From a virus, in IMG/VR virus record IMGVR_UViG_3300008262_003578: a stretch of DNA of 64,000 bases; one strand, written 5' to 3'. Made by a program: the position numbers and the translations under genes. The notes below the pieces were generated by a model. The model was not told the origin of the DNA, ran no database searches, and saw only the letters and a list, made by a program, of their open reading frames with translations. This document shows, in pieces, positions 50,212-60,900 of the stretch; position 1 is the first letter of the stretch; every line of letters begins with the position of its first letter.

Positions 50212-53200
50212 ATGGCGACAAACAGTAAAGTATTCGTATCACCTGGGGTTTATACATCCGAGGTTGATTTGAGTTCACTAATTTTGATGAGTTTACAACC
50301 TATTTCGGTGGAACATCACCTGAAAAATTTGTTAACACACAAATACCGAAATATGAAGCATCTTACATTGCTAAATCTTATTTACAACAATCTAACCAAT
50401 TATTCGTTACAAGAGTGTTAGGATTATCGGGGTATGATGCGGGACCTTCTTGGTCAATATTAACTAAGGCAAATGTTGATAAATCAACAGTTGATTTCTT
50501 TTGTGAAAGTGCTACAACTATTGATTGTGTTACAGAATGTGTTGATTATAAAACAATTGATTTTGCAATTGATTTCTCAGGTTGTACTAATAGTACAGAC
50601 ACTATAACATTCTTAGACCCAACTCAAATTCCTGATGAGATATTAGTAAAATTAAATTTACCATATGAGAATTTTGATAACTCAACATCAACTTTAGATG
50701 CTGACATTAAACTTCAAATATTTAACATTTTAAATGAACCATCAACTGAGTTGAGTTCTATTAATTATTATGGTACAATACCTTATTCAGATTATTCAGG
50801 TTTAACTGCATTTACAGGTGAAACTAATGTATTTGATGTTGACGGTGTTGATTCATTAACCGCTGATTATACGGCACCTCAAAATGATTCTTGGTATTAC
50901 GCATTATTTGATAATGTTGGTTCAGGAGCATATACAGGTTATTCGTTTTGGTCAATTGTTACTGATTTAACTTTAATACCTGTAACAACAACTACAACAA
51001 TAGCACCTACAACAACTACAACAACAACTAATCCTTGTGTTACACCTGTACCTACAACAACAACTACAACAACAACTGCGGCACCTGTTAATTGTTACAC
51101 GGGTACTTTAGTTGGTAGAATATATGTTTATTCAGGAACTGCTTACACTGATTATGATGATTTAGTTATTGCGACGATGCGTTCAAGAGGGCTAGCAACT
51201 TATGGTTCTAATGACAATGGAGCGGTTTATGAAGTTTCAGGTTTGACTGATGTTGAAATGGTTTGTACAGGAGGTTATTCTGGAGTTACTAAAAACCCAT
51301 TCTCAACATTTGGTTTAAATGTAACTAAAATTGATGGTGAAACTCTATTCTTTGAAACTTCATTGTCAACATCTGATTCAAAGTACTTAACTAAAGTATT
51401 TGGTAAATCTAACTTTGGTAAAGATAAAGATTCAGTACCTGTATTTGTTGAGGAAAACTTCCCTAATCTATTAGTTTACGCTTATAGAAAAGGATATATT
51501 AGAGGTTTAAATTGTGAATTGGTTTCATTACCTGATGCTAGACAAGGTGTTGACCCAACATCAATAGCGTTCTATTTAGAAAAATATCAATCACCGACAT
51601 CTCCTTGGGTTGTGTCTGAATTGAGAGGTTCTAAAGTTTATGATTTATTTAAATTTACAACTATTTCTGATGGGGACTCTGCTAACACTGAGGTTAAAAT
51701 TTCAATAGCTAACATCTCATTTAATAATGGAACATTTGATGTATTGATTAGAGATTATTTTGATACTGATAATAATCCTGTTGTAATTGAAAAATTCACT
51801 AATTGTAATATGAACCCAAGTGACAACAATTATATAGCTAAAAAAATAGGAACGTCTGATGGTGAGTACCAATTGAACTCTAAATATGTTATGGTAGAAC
51901 TTAATGAGGACGCCCCGATTGATGCTTTACCTTGTGGGTTTAAAGGTTTCTCTACAAGAGAATATGCGGGGGCTCGTTCACCATTTAGTTTAATTAAAAA
52001 TAAATACGACTATCCTGGTGAAGTGGTGTTTGACCCACCATTTGGTTTATCCACAGGTGCAAATGCGGTAACTACAAGTCCTGGTGATAATATTAGAAGA
52101 ACTTACTTAGGTATTTCTGATACTATTGGTATTGATTCTGACATTTATTCATACAAAGGTAAACAATTACCAAATAATATATGTGACGCTGTAACAGGAG
52201 CTGATTGGGCTTATATGACGAGAGGTTTCCATATGGATAAAAATGCTAGCGGTATTACAATACCAAATACATTTGTAACAAGTGGTACACCAGCGTTTAT
52301 TTGTGGTGACGCAGAATTTACATCGGACCCTGATAATGAATCTAATCCATATTACAGATTATTTGCTAGAAAATTCACATTATTAGCTCAAGGTGGTTTT
52401 GATGGATGGGATATATATAGAGAATACAGAACTAATGGTGATAGATTTGTTTTAGGTAGAAGTGGATACTTGAAGGGTTCTTGTCCAACACTTAAATACC
52501 CTACGGCAACAGGATGGGGAGCATTCAAACAAATAACAGTTGGTGATAATAATGTTGATTATGCAAATACTGACTACTACGCTTACTTATTAGGTATCCA
52601 AACTTTCTCTAATCCTGAAGCGGTTAATATAAATGTATTTGTAACACCAGGAATTGACTATGTGAATAATTCTGATTTGGTTGGAAGTGCTATTGAGATG
52701 ATTGAGTTTGATAGAGCGGATTCAGTTTACATCACAACAACACCTGATTACAATATGTTTACACCTTCGTTAGGTGACCCTACTGATTTAATTTACCCTC
52801 AAGAAGCGGTTGATAATTTGGAGACGGCTGGTTTAGATTCTAACTACACGGCAACTTATTACCCTTGGATTTTGGTTAGAGATACTGTTAATAATACACA
52901 AATCTACTTACCACCAACAGGTGAGGTAACTAAAAACTTAGCGTTGACAGATAACATCGCATTCCCTTGGTTCGCTGCGGCGGGTTACACTCGTGGTATT
53001 GTTAGTTCAATTAAGGCTCGTAAGAAGTTAACTCAAGAAGATAGAGATACTCTTTACAAAGGTAGAATTAACCCAATCGCAACTTTCTCAGATGTTGGTA
53101 CAGTTATTTGGGGTAATAAAACACTTCAAATCAGAGAGTCGGCATTAGATAGAATTAATGTAAGAAGATTGTTACTACAAGCTCGTAAGTTGATTTCAGC

Positions 53201-53459
53201 AGTTTCAGTAAGATTGTTGTTTGAACAAAACGACCAAAAAGTAAGACAAGATTTCTTAAATGCGGTGAACCCAATCTTAGATGGTATCAGAAGAGATAGA
53301 GGTCTTTACGACTTCCGTGTAACAGTATCATCAGATGCGGCTGATTTAGATAGAAACCAAATGACAGGTAAAATCTACATCAAACCAACCAAATCGTTAG
53401 AGTTTATAGATATAACATTCTATATAACACCAACGGGGGCTTCGTTTGAGAATATCTAA
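50212..53459 (+). CDS. Contractile tail sheath protein with a frameshift/deletion at about 50275
   Basis: VFVSPGVYTSEVDLS, then frame change to TNFDEFTTYFGG; C-terminal sheath domain YYPW, PPTG, WFAAAG, INPI, WGNKTL, RINVRRL, EFI. Confidence 0.93.
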
Positions 53460-53472
53460 AATAAGAAATAAG

Positions 53473-53504
53473 ATAAGCCGACATTTTTTTAAGTGTCGGC
53501 TTAT
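53473..53504. terminator. 11-bp hairpin after the sheath gene
   Basis: ATAAGCCGACA ... TGTCGGCTTAT, overlapping the next TATTTAT. Confidence 0.55.
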
Positions 53505-53524
53505 TTATATATAAAAGAAAACAA

Positions 53525-54346
53525 ATGAGAAAAAGAAAAATTTTTGAAGGTTTTGATGAGGAGGGAACTCCTGATATGAAGTATTATGCTTTTGATTGGG
53601 ACGATAATATTTTAGAAATGCCAACCAAAATTATTTTAAAAGATAAAGATGGTGAGGAGGTACCAATGAGTACTGAAGATTTTGCACACTATAGAGGTAT
53701 GTTAGATAAAAAAGAAGATTTTGAATATAATGGTCACACTGTAGTGGGGTTTGCATCAAATCCTTTTAGATATTTTACCGTAGAGGGCGATAAAAATTTT
53801 ATAGTTGATTCTATGTTAGCTAAATTAGGTCCAGCTTGGCCTGATTTTGTTGAGGCAATTAATAACGGGTCAATTTTTTCTATTGTTACAGCTAGAGGAC
53901 ACACCCCTTCAGTTATTAAAAATGCGGTGTACAACTTCATTGTTAGTAACCATAAAGGAATTGATTCAAATGAACTAGTTAAGAATTTAGAAAAGTATAG
54001 AGATTTGGCGGGTGACGAACCGTTATCAAAAAAAGAAATGATTCAAGAATATCTTGATTTATGTAAATTTTATCCTGTAACATATGGAAGTGGTTCCGCA
54101 ACTAACCCTGAACAAGGTAAAATTGATGCACTGACAGAATTTGTTAATTATGTAAAAAGGATGTCAAAATTCTTAAACAAGAAGGCTTACCTTAAAAATG
54201 AGATTAGCAACAACTTTGTTCCACAAATAGGATTCTCCGACGATGATTTAAGGAATTTAGAAAAAGTAAAATCACATTTTGGGGATGACCCAGAAAACAT
54301 TATTAAAACAATTTCAACGCATGGAGGAATTAAAAAACCTTATTAA
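53525..54346 (+). CDS. HAD-superfamily phosphatase
   Basis: AFDWDDN motif I, IVTARGH motif II, GFSDDD motif IV. Confidence 0.75.
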   Translation: MRKRKIFEGFDEEGTPDMKYYAFDWDDNILEMPTKIILKDKDGEEVPMSTEDFAHYRGMLDKKEDFEYNGHTVVGFASNPFRYFTVEGDKNFIVDSMLAKLGPAWPDFVEAINNGSIFSIVTARGHTPSVIKNAVYNFIVSNHKGIDSNELVKNLEKYRDLAGDEPLSKKEMIQEYLDLCKFYPVTYGSGSATNPEQGKIDALTEFVNYVKRMSKFLNKKAYLKNEISNNFVPQIGFSDDDLRNLEKVKSHFGDDPENIIKTISTHGGIKKPY

Positions 54347-54502
54347 TATATTTATTAATATAAAAGTAAAAATAAATAATAATTAAAACTAGAAATGACT
54401 GTTATACTGGAATGATAATTTTAAAAAATCTGAAAGTAAATAGAAAAATTTTTCAAGTGATATTTATAATAAAAAAATAAACGAAAATTAAATTAAAATG
54501 AT

Positions 54503-54991
54503 ATGGCTGATTTATTAATGAGAATGCCAATACCTTACGAACCGAAGAGACAGAACAGGTTTATTTTGAGATTTCCTTCTACTTTGGGGATTAACGAGTG
54601 GTTTGTTGAAACAGCATCAAGACCTAAATTAACGATAGCTTCTACGGAGATTCAATTCTTAAACACTTCTACATATGTTGCTGGTCGTTTTACTTGGGGT
54701 GAGATAAGTGTTAAATTTAGAGACCCTATTGGTCCTTCAGCATCTCAAGCTTTAATGGAATGGGTTCGTTTATGTGCAGAATCTGTAACAGGTCGTATGG
54801 GTTATGCTGCTGGTTATAAGAAAAATGTTGACTTGGAAATGTTAGACCCAACAGGAGTTGTTGTAGAGAAATGGATATTAGAAGGTGCTTGGTTAATGAA
54901 TGTTGACTTTGGTTCATTGGCTTATAACAGTGACGCAATTGCTGACATCACGGCAACTTTGAGACCTGACCGTTGTATATTGGTATACTAA
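54503..54991 (+). CDS. Tail tube protein (T4 gp19-like)
   Basis: EPKRQNRFIL, WGEISVKFRDP, LMEWV, EKWILEGAW, LAYNSD. Confidence 0.92.
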   Translation: MADLLMRMPIPYEPKRQNRFILRFPSTLGINEWFVETASRPKLTIASTEIQFLNTSTYVAGRFTWGEISVKFRDPIGPSASQALMEWVRLCAESVTGRMGYAAGYKKNVDLEMLDPTGVVVEKWILEGAWLMNVDFGSLAYNSDAIADITATLRPDRCILVY

Positions 54992-55012
54992 AATAAAAAA
55001 ATATATTTTATT

Positions 55013-55044
55013 AATCCACGTAATAGTTATTGCGTGGATTTTTT
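55013..55044 (+). terminator. Intrinsic terminator after the tube gene
   Basis: AATCCACGTAAT-AGTT-ATTGCGTGGATT plus T tract. Confidence 0.75.
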
Positions 55045-55093
55045 GTTTATTAAAAATACTTCCATACTATATTTAAAATAAAAAGTAAATAAT

Positions 55094-55852
55094 ATGGAAC
55101 AAAATGTTTTTGAAGCGGGACAACAAAATTTTAATTTACCACACGATATCGTATCATTACCTAGTGGGGGTATTTTTTATAAGTCAAAGAAAAAATCTAT
55201 CAAAGTTGGGTATTTGACAGCATCTGATGAGAACTATTTAATTGGTTCATCTCAAAGTGGTAGAGAAAATATTATAATGACATTATTAAGAAATAAAGTT
55301 TATGAACATGATTTAAGACCTGAAGAATTGGTTGAGGGTGATGTGGAAGCAATTCTTATTTATTTAAGAAACACTTCATTCGGACCTGAATATGGTATGA
55401 GATTAATTGACCCTAAAACAAATAAAGTTTTTGAACATACTGAAATTTTAGATGAAATCACAATTAGACAACCAAAAGTTCAACCCGATTCTGATGGTTT
55501 ATACACAATGATATTACCACGTTCAGGTAACACCCTTAAATTAAGACCATTAACTTTCCACGATTCCTTAGAATTAGAAAGAATGGCGGACCAATATCCT
55601 GTAGGTAGAATCGCTCCAAAGATAACATGGAGATTAAATAAATTAATACATTCAGTTGACGGGAATGAAGATAGAAATTTTATTTCACAATTTGTTGAAA
55701 CATTACCTATTGTTGATTCAAAAGAAATCAGAACGTTTATGAGAGAAAATCAACCTTCATTAGATTTATCTAGAAGAACAATCGCCCCGTCAGGAGAAGA
55801 GGTAATATTTGATATTGCCTTTGGGGTGGAATTTTTTCGTCCTTTCTTCTGA
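55094..55852 (+). CDS. Baseplate hub assembly/tail assembly chaperone (T4 gp26-like)
   Basis: LPSGGIFY, YLTASDENYL, GDVEAILIYLR; between tube and tape measure. Confidence 0.75.
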   Translation: MEQNVFEAGQQNFNLPHDIVSLPSGGIFYKSKKKSIKVGYLTASDENYLIGSSQSGRENIIMTLLRNKVYEHDLRPEELVEGDVEAILIYLRNTSFGPEYGMRLIDPKTNKVFEHTEILDEITIRQPKVQPDSDGLYTMILPRSGNTLKLRPLTFHDSLELERMADQYPVGRIAPKITWRLNKLIHSVDGNEDRNFISQFVETLPIVDSKEIRTFMRENQPSLDLSRRTIAPSGEEVIFDIAFGVEFFRPFF

Positions 55853-55994
55853 ATATAATAAAATTTTAATTGACGAATTTTATTATTTAGCAAAACTCCT
55901 ACATATTTCATATTCGGATTTTCTAAAAATTCCGACATATATGAGAAAATACCTGATAAACAAATTAGTTGAAGATAGTACCCCAAAAGAGTAA
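55809..55994 (+). CDS. Downstream chaperone ORF, probable frameshift extension (gpGT-like)
   Basis: Overlaps in +1 frame with no convincing start; EFYYLAKLLHISYSDFLKIPTYMRKYL. Confidence 0.6.
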   Translation: MILPLGWNFFVLSSEYNKILIDEFYYLAKLLHISYSDFLKIPTYMRKYLINKLVEDSTPKE

Positions 55995-56034
55995 AATTTT
56001 TTGGGGTTAACTATTTATTATAAAACAAAAAACT

Positions 56035-57864
56035 ATGGCGGAAGAAACAGAAAGTTTTATGGATGACTTCGGAAAAAAGATTAAAGAAGTTCTTGATTCC
56101 GTTGGTGAGGTATTTAAATCAAATATTGACCCAAGTAGAATTACTGCGGTCATGGAAGAACTTGATGTACAAGCAAGTAAGGTCATTGCAACTTTTGGTC
56201 AAGGTAGAGAAAATATTGTCGGTATTAAACAAGCAATGGCTGATGCCGTTGTGAGTGTTAAGGCGTTAGGAGGTAGTTTCCAAGACGTATTAGATACTCA
56301 AAATAATATTGCTAATACTTTAGGTAGAAACTTGGTATTAGCATCTGATTCATATAAAGATTTATACGCCGCAGCCGAAGCGTCGGACCAATCATCGTCA
56401 ACTATTGTTGAATCATTTAAAAATGTTGGTATATCAGTTTACGACTCATCAAAACAAATTGAGGGGATTTTGAATACCGCTAGAGAAATTGGTGTTAGCG
56501 GTTCTTTAGTGACAGGGGAAGTTTTAAATAATATGGACTTATTAAATAAGTACACATTTCAAGGAGGAGTTGATGGATTAGCGAAAATGGCCGCACAAGC
56601 GGTTAACTTAAGGATTAATGTTAATGCGATTGGTGCGACTTTAGATAAAGCATTTAATCCTGAATCCGCAATTGAAATGGCCGCAGCAATGCAAAGATTA
56701 GGAGCAACACAATCTGATTTATTAGACCCACTTAGATTAATGGATTTAGCTCAGAATGACCCTGCTGAACTACAAAATCAAATTGCGGAAATGTCAAAAC
56801 AATTTGTTGAATTGAATGAAAAGGGACAATTTGAAATTATGCCAGGAGCCAAAAGACAAATGAAGGAGATTGCTGACGCTATGGGTATGGATATATCTAA
56901 CTTAACCAAAATGGCGATTGGTAGTGCGGAACTTGAAGATAAAATGTCTAAGATTAGTTTCCCTGATACGTTTACTGAAGAACAAAAAACTATGATTGCC
57001 AATATGGCCGAAATGGAGGGTGGTGAATATAAAATACAACTTGGTGGTGACAAATTAGGAATCGCTGAAGCGATAGAAAGATTAAAGTCAGGAGGTGATG
57101 ATGCAATGCAAGATTTAATGGATTCTGCAAAACCTAAGACTCTTGAAGAGTTAACAAAAGAACAATTGGGTTATACGGCAGCAATGAAAGCCTCATTAAG
57201 TACGCTTGAAGACAGAATTCCATATGCAATTGCGAGTATGAGAGGCGTTAGTCAAGGTCAAACCAAATTAATGAAAGGTACTGAAGCAGTGACTGGTGCG
57301 TTTGATACCGATGCTCTAAGTGTTAAAACAATTAGAAATCAGTTTAACGACCTTTATGAAGGAGTAAGTGGCTCAATAAGTCAAAATGGGATTGACTTTG
57401 AAAATTTAAGCGATAGTATCAATAAATTTGGTGATTATTTTAATACATCATTTACTGAAAGTTTTAAAAATTTAGATGAAAAAGTTAATGAAGCGGTTGG
57501 TTACAAAATAACAGAAATCCTAAAAAAAATGGATGAATCTTTAAATATTGGTACTAAATCTACAGAAACTAAAACTGAAACCCCTACGGCAACCCCAATT
57601 CAGACTGTTACTACCACACCACCAACGAGTACGAATAACAATTTGGCGGTAAATAATTTAAATACAACAACCACTGAAAACAAAACCAATACAAATGTTA
57701 GTGAAAATAAAAACATTTCACAAATAACTTTAGACATAAATGTTAATTCAAGTAATGTTGATAAAGATAAGGTAATAGAAATAATTAGTAGAACTGAAGT
57801 TGTTCAAGCAATCAATTCTGAAATCAAAAAACTTAATACAACTAACGGTCTAACAACAACATAA
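56035..57864 (+). CDS. Tape measure protein
   Basis: Alpha-helical A/M/Q-rich 609 aa between chaperone and baseplate genes. Confidence 0.75.
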   Translation: MAEETESFMDDFGKKIKEVLDSVGEVFKSNIDPSRITAVMEELDVQASKVIATFGQGRENIVGIKQAMADAVVSVKALGGSFQDVLDTQNNIANTLGRNLVLASDSYKDLYAAAEASDQSSSTIVESFKNVGISVYDSSKQIEGILNTAREIGVSGSLVTGEVLNNMDLLNKYTFQGGVDGLAKMAAQAVNLRINVNAIGATLDKAFNPESAIEMAAAMQRLGATQSDLLDPLRLMDLAQNDPAELQNQIAEMSKQFVELNEKGQFEIMPGAKRQMKEIADAMGMDISNLTKMAIGSAELEDKMSKISFPDTFTEEQKTMIANMAEMEGGEYKIQLGGDKLGIAEAIERLKSGGDDAMQDLMDSAKPKTLEELTKEQLGYTAAMKASLSTLEDRIPYAIASMRGVSQGQTKLMKGTEAVTGAFDTDALSVKTIRNQFNDLYEGVSGSISQNGIDFENLSDSINKFGDYFNTSFTESFKNLDEKVNEAVGYKITEILKKMDESLNIGTKSTETKTETPTATPIQTVTTTPPTSTNNNLAVNNLNTTTTENKTNTNVSENKNISQITLDINVNSSNVDKDKVIEIISRTEVVQAINSEIKKLNTTNGLTTT

Positions 57865-57900
57865 AATACATTATAGTCTATTTATTAATAAAAAAACAAA

Positions 57901-60900
57901 ATGCCTGAAAGTCCATTATCATTCGCGTCAACATCTACGTTTAGAAATACTTTAATGGCTAAAAATTTAGCTCAATATACTGTTGTGGGGAATTACACAC
58001 CACCAACAGGTCCATTGAATTATGAAATTGTGTTGGGTGATAGTAATGTTATTGATTCACCAAACAATTTAAATCAAACATACCCTGACCAATTATATCC
58101 ACTTAATGAATATGGACCTGATGGGGGGTACAACTTAACTATTGATTTTAATGGACCACCATTACCTGTTGACTCAAATCAAGGACCGTATAATCCTAAT
58201 CCTGACCAAAGTCAGTTAATAACATTAAATGGTTTATATATAACAGGACCGTATATTATAAATGATTATTCCCCTGAAAATGGATATAACTACGTTTATG
58301 GTGTTACTGATACAATCAACCCAGGTCAGATACATTTACCATATGTAAATAGTTTTGTCGCATCAAGTTACTCACCGTATTCAATACTATCAAGTGATAA
58401 CCCAACGGGAAGTGACGGTTCATTATCTCAAGATTCGTATATTGCTCAATTAGGAGCAGCACAACTACAAAATTTATTTGAAGATAGAATCAATTTAGAA
58501 ATTTATCAAAGTACTGTAGGTGCTGTAAATTTAAATACGTTACAAGACCCTTTTGAAGCTGCATTGATAGCTACAGGTCAACAACCATTAATCTATAGAA
58601 ATTGGAGGATTACGGTACCTGAAAACTCAATTGTTGCGGCCTTAGACTTTGCAACTAGATTAACAGGGTCTTATTGGCCCGTATCATTAATACCTGGTGA
58701 CTATTACGATGAGAATACTAGCAATGGTTTACAATCAAACCAAACTTCTAATGCGTTAAGTACGGTTAATCAATTAACGGGTGGATTATTAGGTCCGATA
58801 CTGAATATCAATAGAAACCCCTCACAAATATTTTTAGCTAACACAGGTAATGGACAAAGGTCAGCATTATTCGCTAACCTACATTATAATAGATATTCAC
58901 CTAATTACAATAATGAGTTTGGAGGGGCCTTGGGTGTTATTCAGGGATTAGTGAATGTGGTAAATAATGTTGTGAATCCTAATGGGACCATAACAAGTAG
59001 TTATTACGTAGGTAGTAGTAATGCTGAACCTTCACAAATAACAAGTCCAGCTAACCAAATACCAATTAATTCATTTGGTCAACAAAATCCGTCACCTGTT
59101 TATGGTCCTTCTGAATTGGGTCAATTATATGAAGGTAATATTGATAATATTAAGTTTGGTTTAGCGGGTATATCATCTGAAAATGGTGGGGGTATTGATG
59201 GTCAATTTATATGGACTTCACCAAAATACAAAAGTAATGCTGGATTTAAAGCAACACCTGGTGGGGGTAGTGGGAGTAAAGATGATGACTTTAATCAAAT
59301 TAGTTCTCAGTATCAAAGTAATGAATCAACTAATCTTGAATATAAAAAAGGTTCAATATTAGATAATACTCAAAAATTAATTGATTCTGCGGATAATGTT
59401 ACGGGTATCTCAAGATTAAAACACGTAGGTAATGCGATGAACCAAGTTTCAAAGGTATTCCACGATGGTTACAAGGAGATGACAAAAGGTTCTCAAGTGG
59501 TTTCATATAAAGATAATACAACAGGTAACGAAGCGGGTATTGAATATTGTAGAGTTTTTACCAAAGACACACCTTATTACACTTTCGCTGACTTACAAAA
59601 AACTGATGGTATAACTACTTCAGGTAGACGTTTTAGTTATTCTATTTTAGATAATACTTACAATTTGAATATTGCTCCACTTAAAAATCCTGGGTCAACC
59701 AATATTGTAAAAAATGAGAAGGGTGATTTTTATGCCAAGAAATATATGTTCTCAATTGAGAACTTGGCTTGGAGAACATCAAGTAGACCTGGTTTTACTT
59801 ATGATGAATTACCTGTTTGTGAAAAAGGCCCTAATGGTGGTAGAGTTATGTGGTTCCCTCCTTATGAATTAAAATTTAGTGATACTAGTCAGGCCGATTG
59901 GAACCCAACAAATTTTATAGGTAGACCTGAACCAATATATACTTATAAAAATACAAGTAGGTCAGGACAGTTAAGTTGGAAAATAATTGTGGATAGCCCT
60001 TCAGTAATGAATATTATTGTTGACCAACAATTAAAAGGTGCTAGTACCGAAAGAGTAAATTCAATTTTAGAATCATTTTTTGCGGGATGTGTAAAATTTG
60101 ACATATATGAATTGGCTAAAAAATATAACACAATACCTGTATCCGAATTACAACAAATACAAGAGGCGTTAAATAATCCAAGATTAACTGCTGAAGAATT
60201 AGCGGGAATTAAAGCTTCTATACCTGCAGACAATACCGATGTTGTTGGTAACATGGCTAATAGTACTGGAGGTGGAGGTGGAGATAAGGCAAAAACTGAA
60301 GACACTTCAGTTCAGGAGTTTGAACAAAAATACTTGGATTTTGCATTTTATTTTGAAAATGATATGCCAGGTCCGCACAATTCAACTAGTAATACCACCA
60401 CTGAAAATTATCAATCACTTTATGATACATATGTAAGTCAAACGAATATTGATTCTTACCAATCAAAGGCTAATTCGGTATTTAAAACTGATAATGGTGA
60501 ATCTAAAACAACAGGATTTTTTGATACTGTTATAAAAAGTAATTTTAAAAATATTGCTGAAGGTGATTCTAATTTTATAAATGATTCTATAAAATTATTA
60601 GAAAAAGGTTATGGACCTATAAGTATTGAAATGGTTGGTTCGGCTTCTGCGGTGGCGTCTGAAAATTATAATAAGGCGTTATCTAATAGGAGGATTGATT
60701 CAATAAAGAAGTTTTTTAGTTCTAAAGGTCTTGAAAAATATATTACTGAAGGTAAGTTTAAAGTTACCTTAGAACAAGGTGCTGGTGAAAATATTGTAAT
60801 ACCTAAGACATCGGTTGAAATTGGGTCAGGTACTACTGAAGTTACCACAACTGATTCTGGTGTTGGAAATGACGTGGATTGTACTAAGTTACAATTTCCT

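Noticed and set aside
54347-54502. Possible ncRNA or tRNA in the longer AT-rich gap before the tube gene
   Set aside because: No cloverleaf or stable stem recognised; only promoter-like motifs
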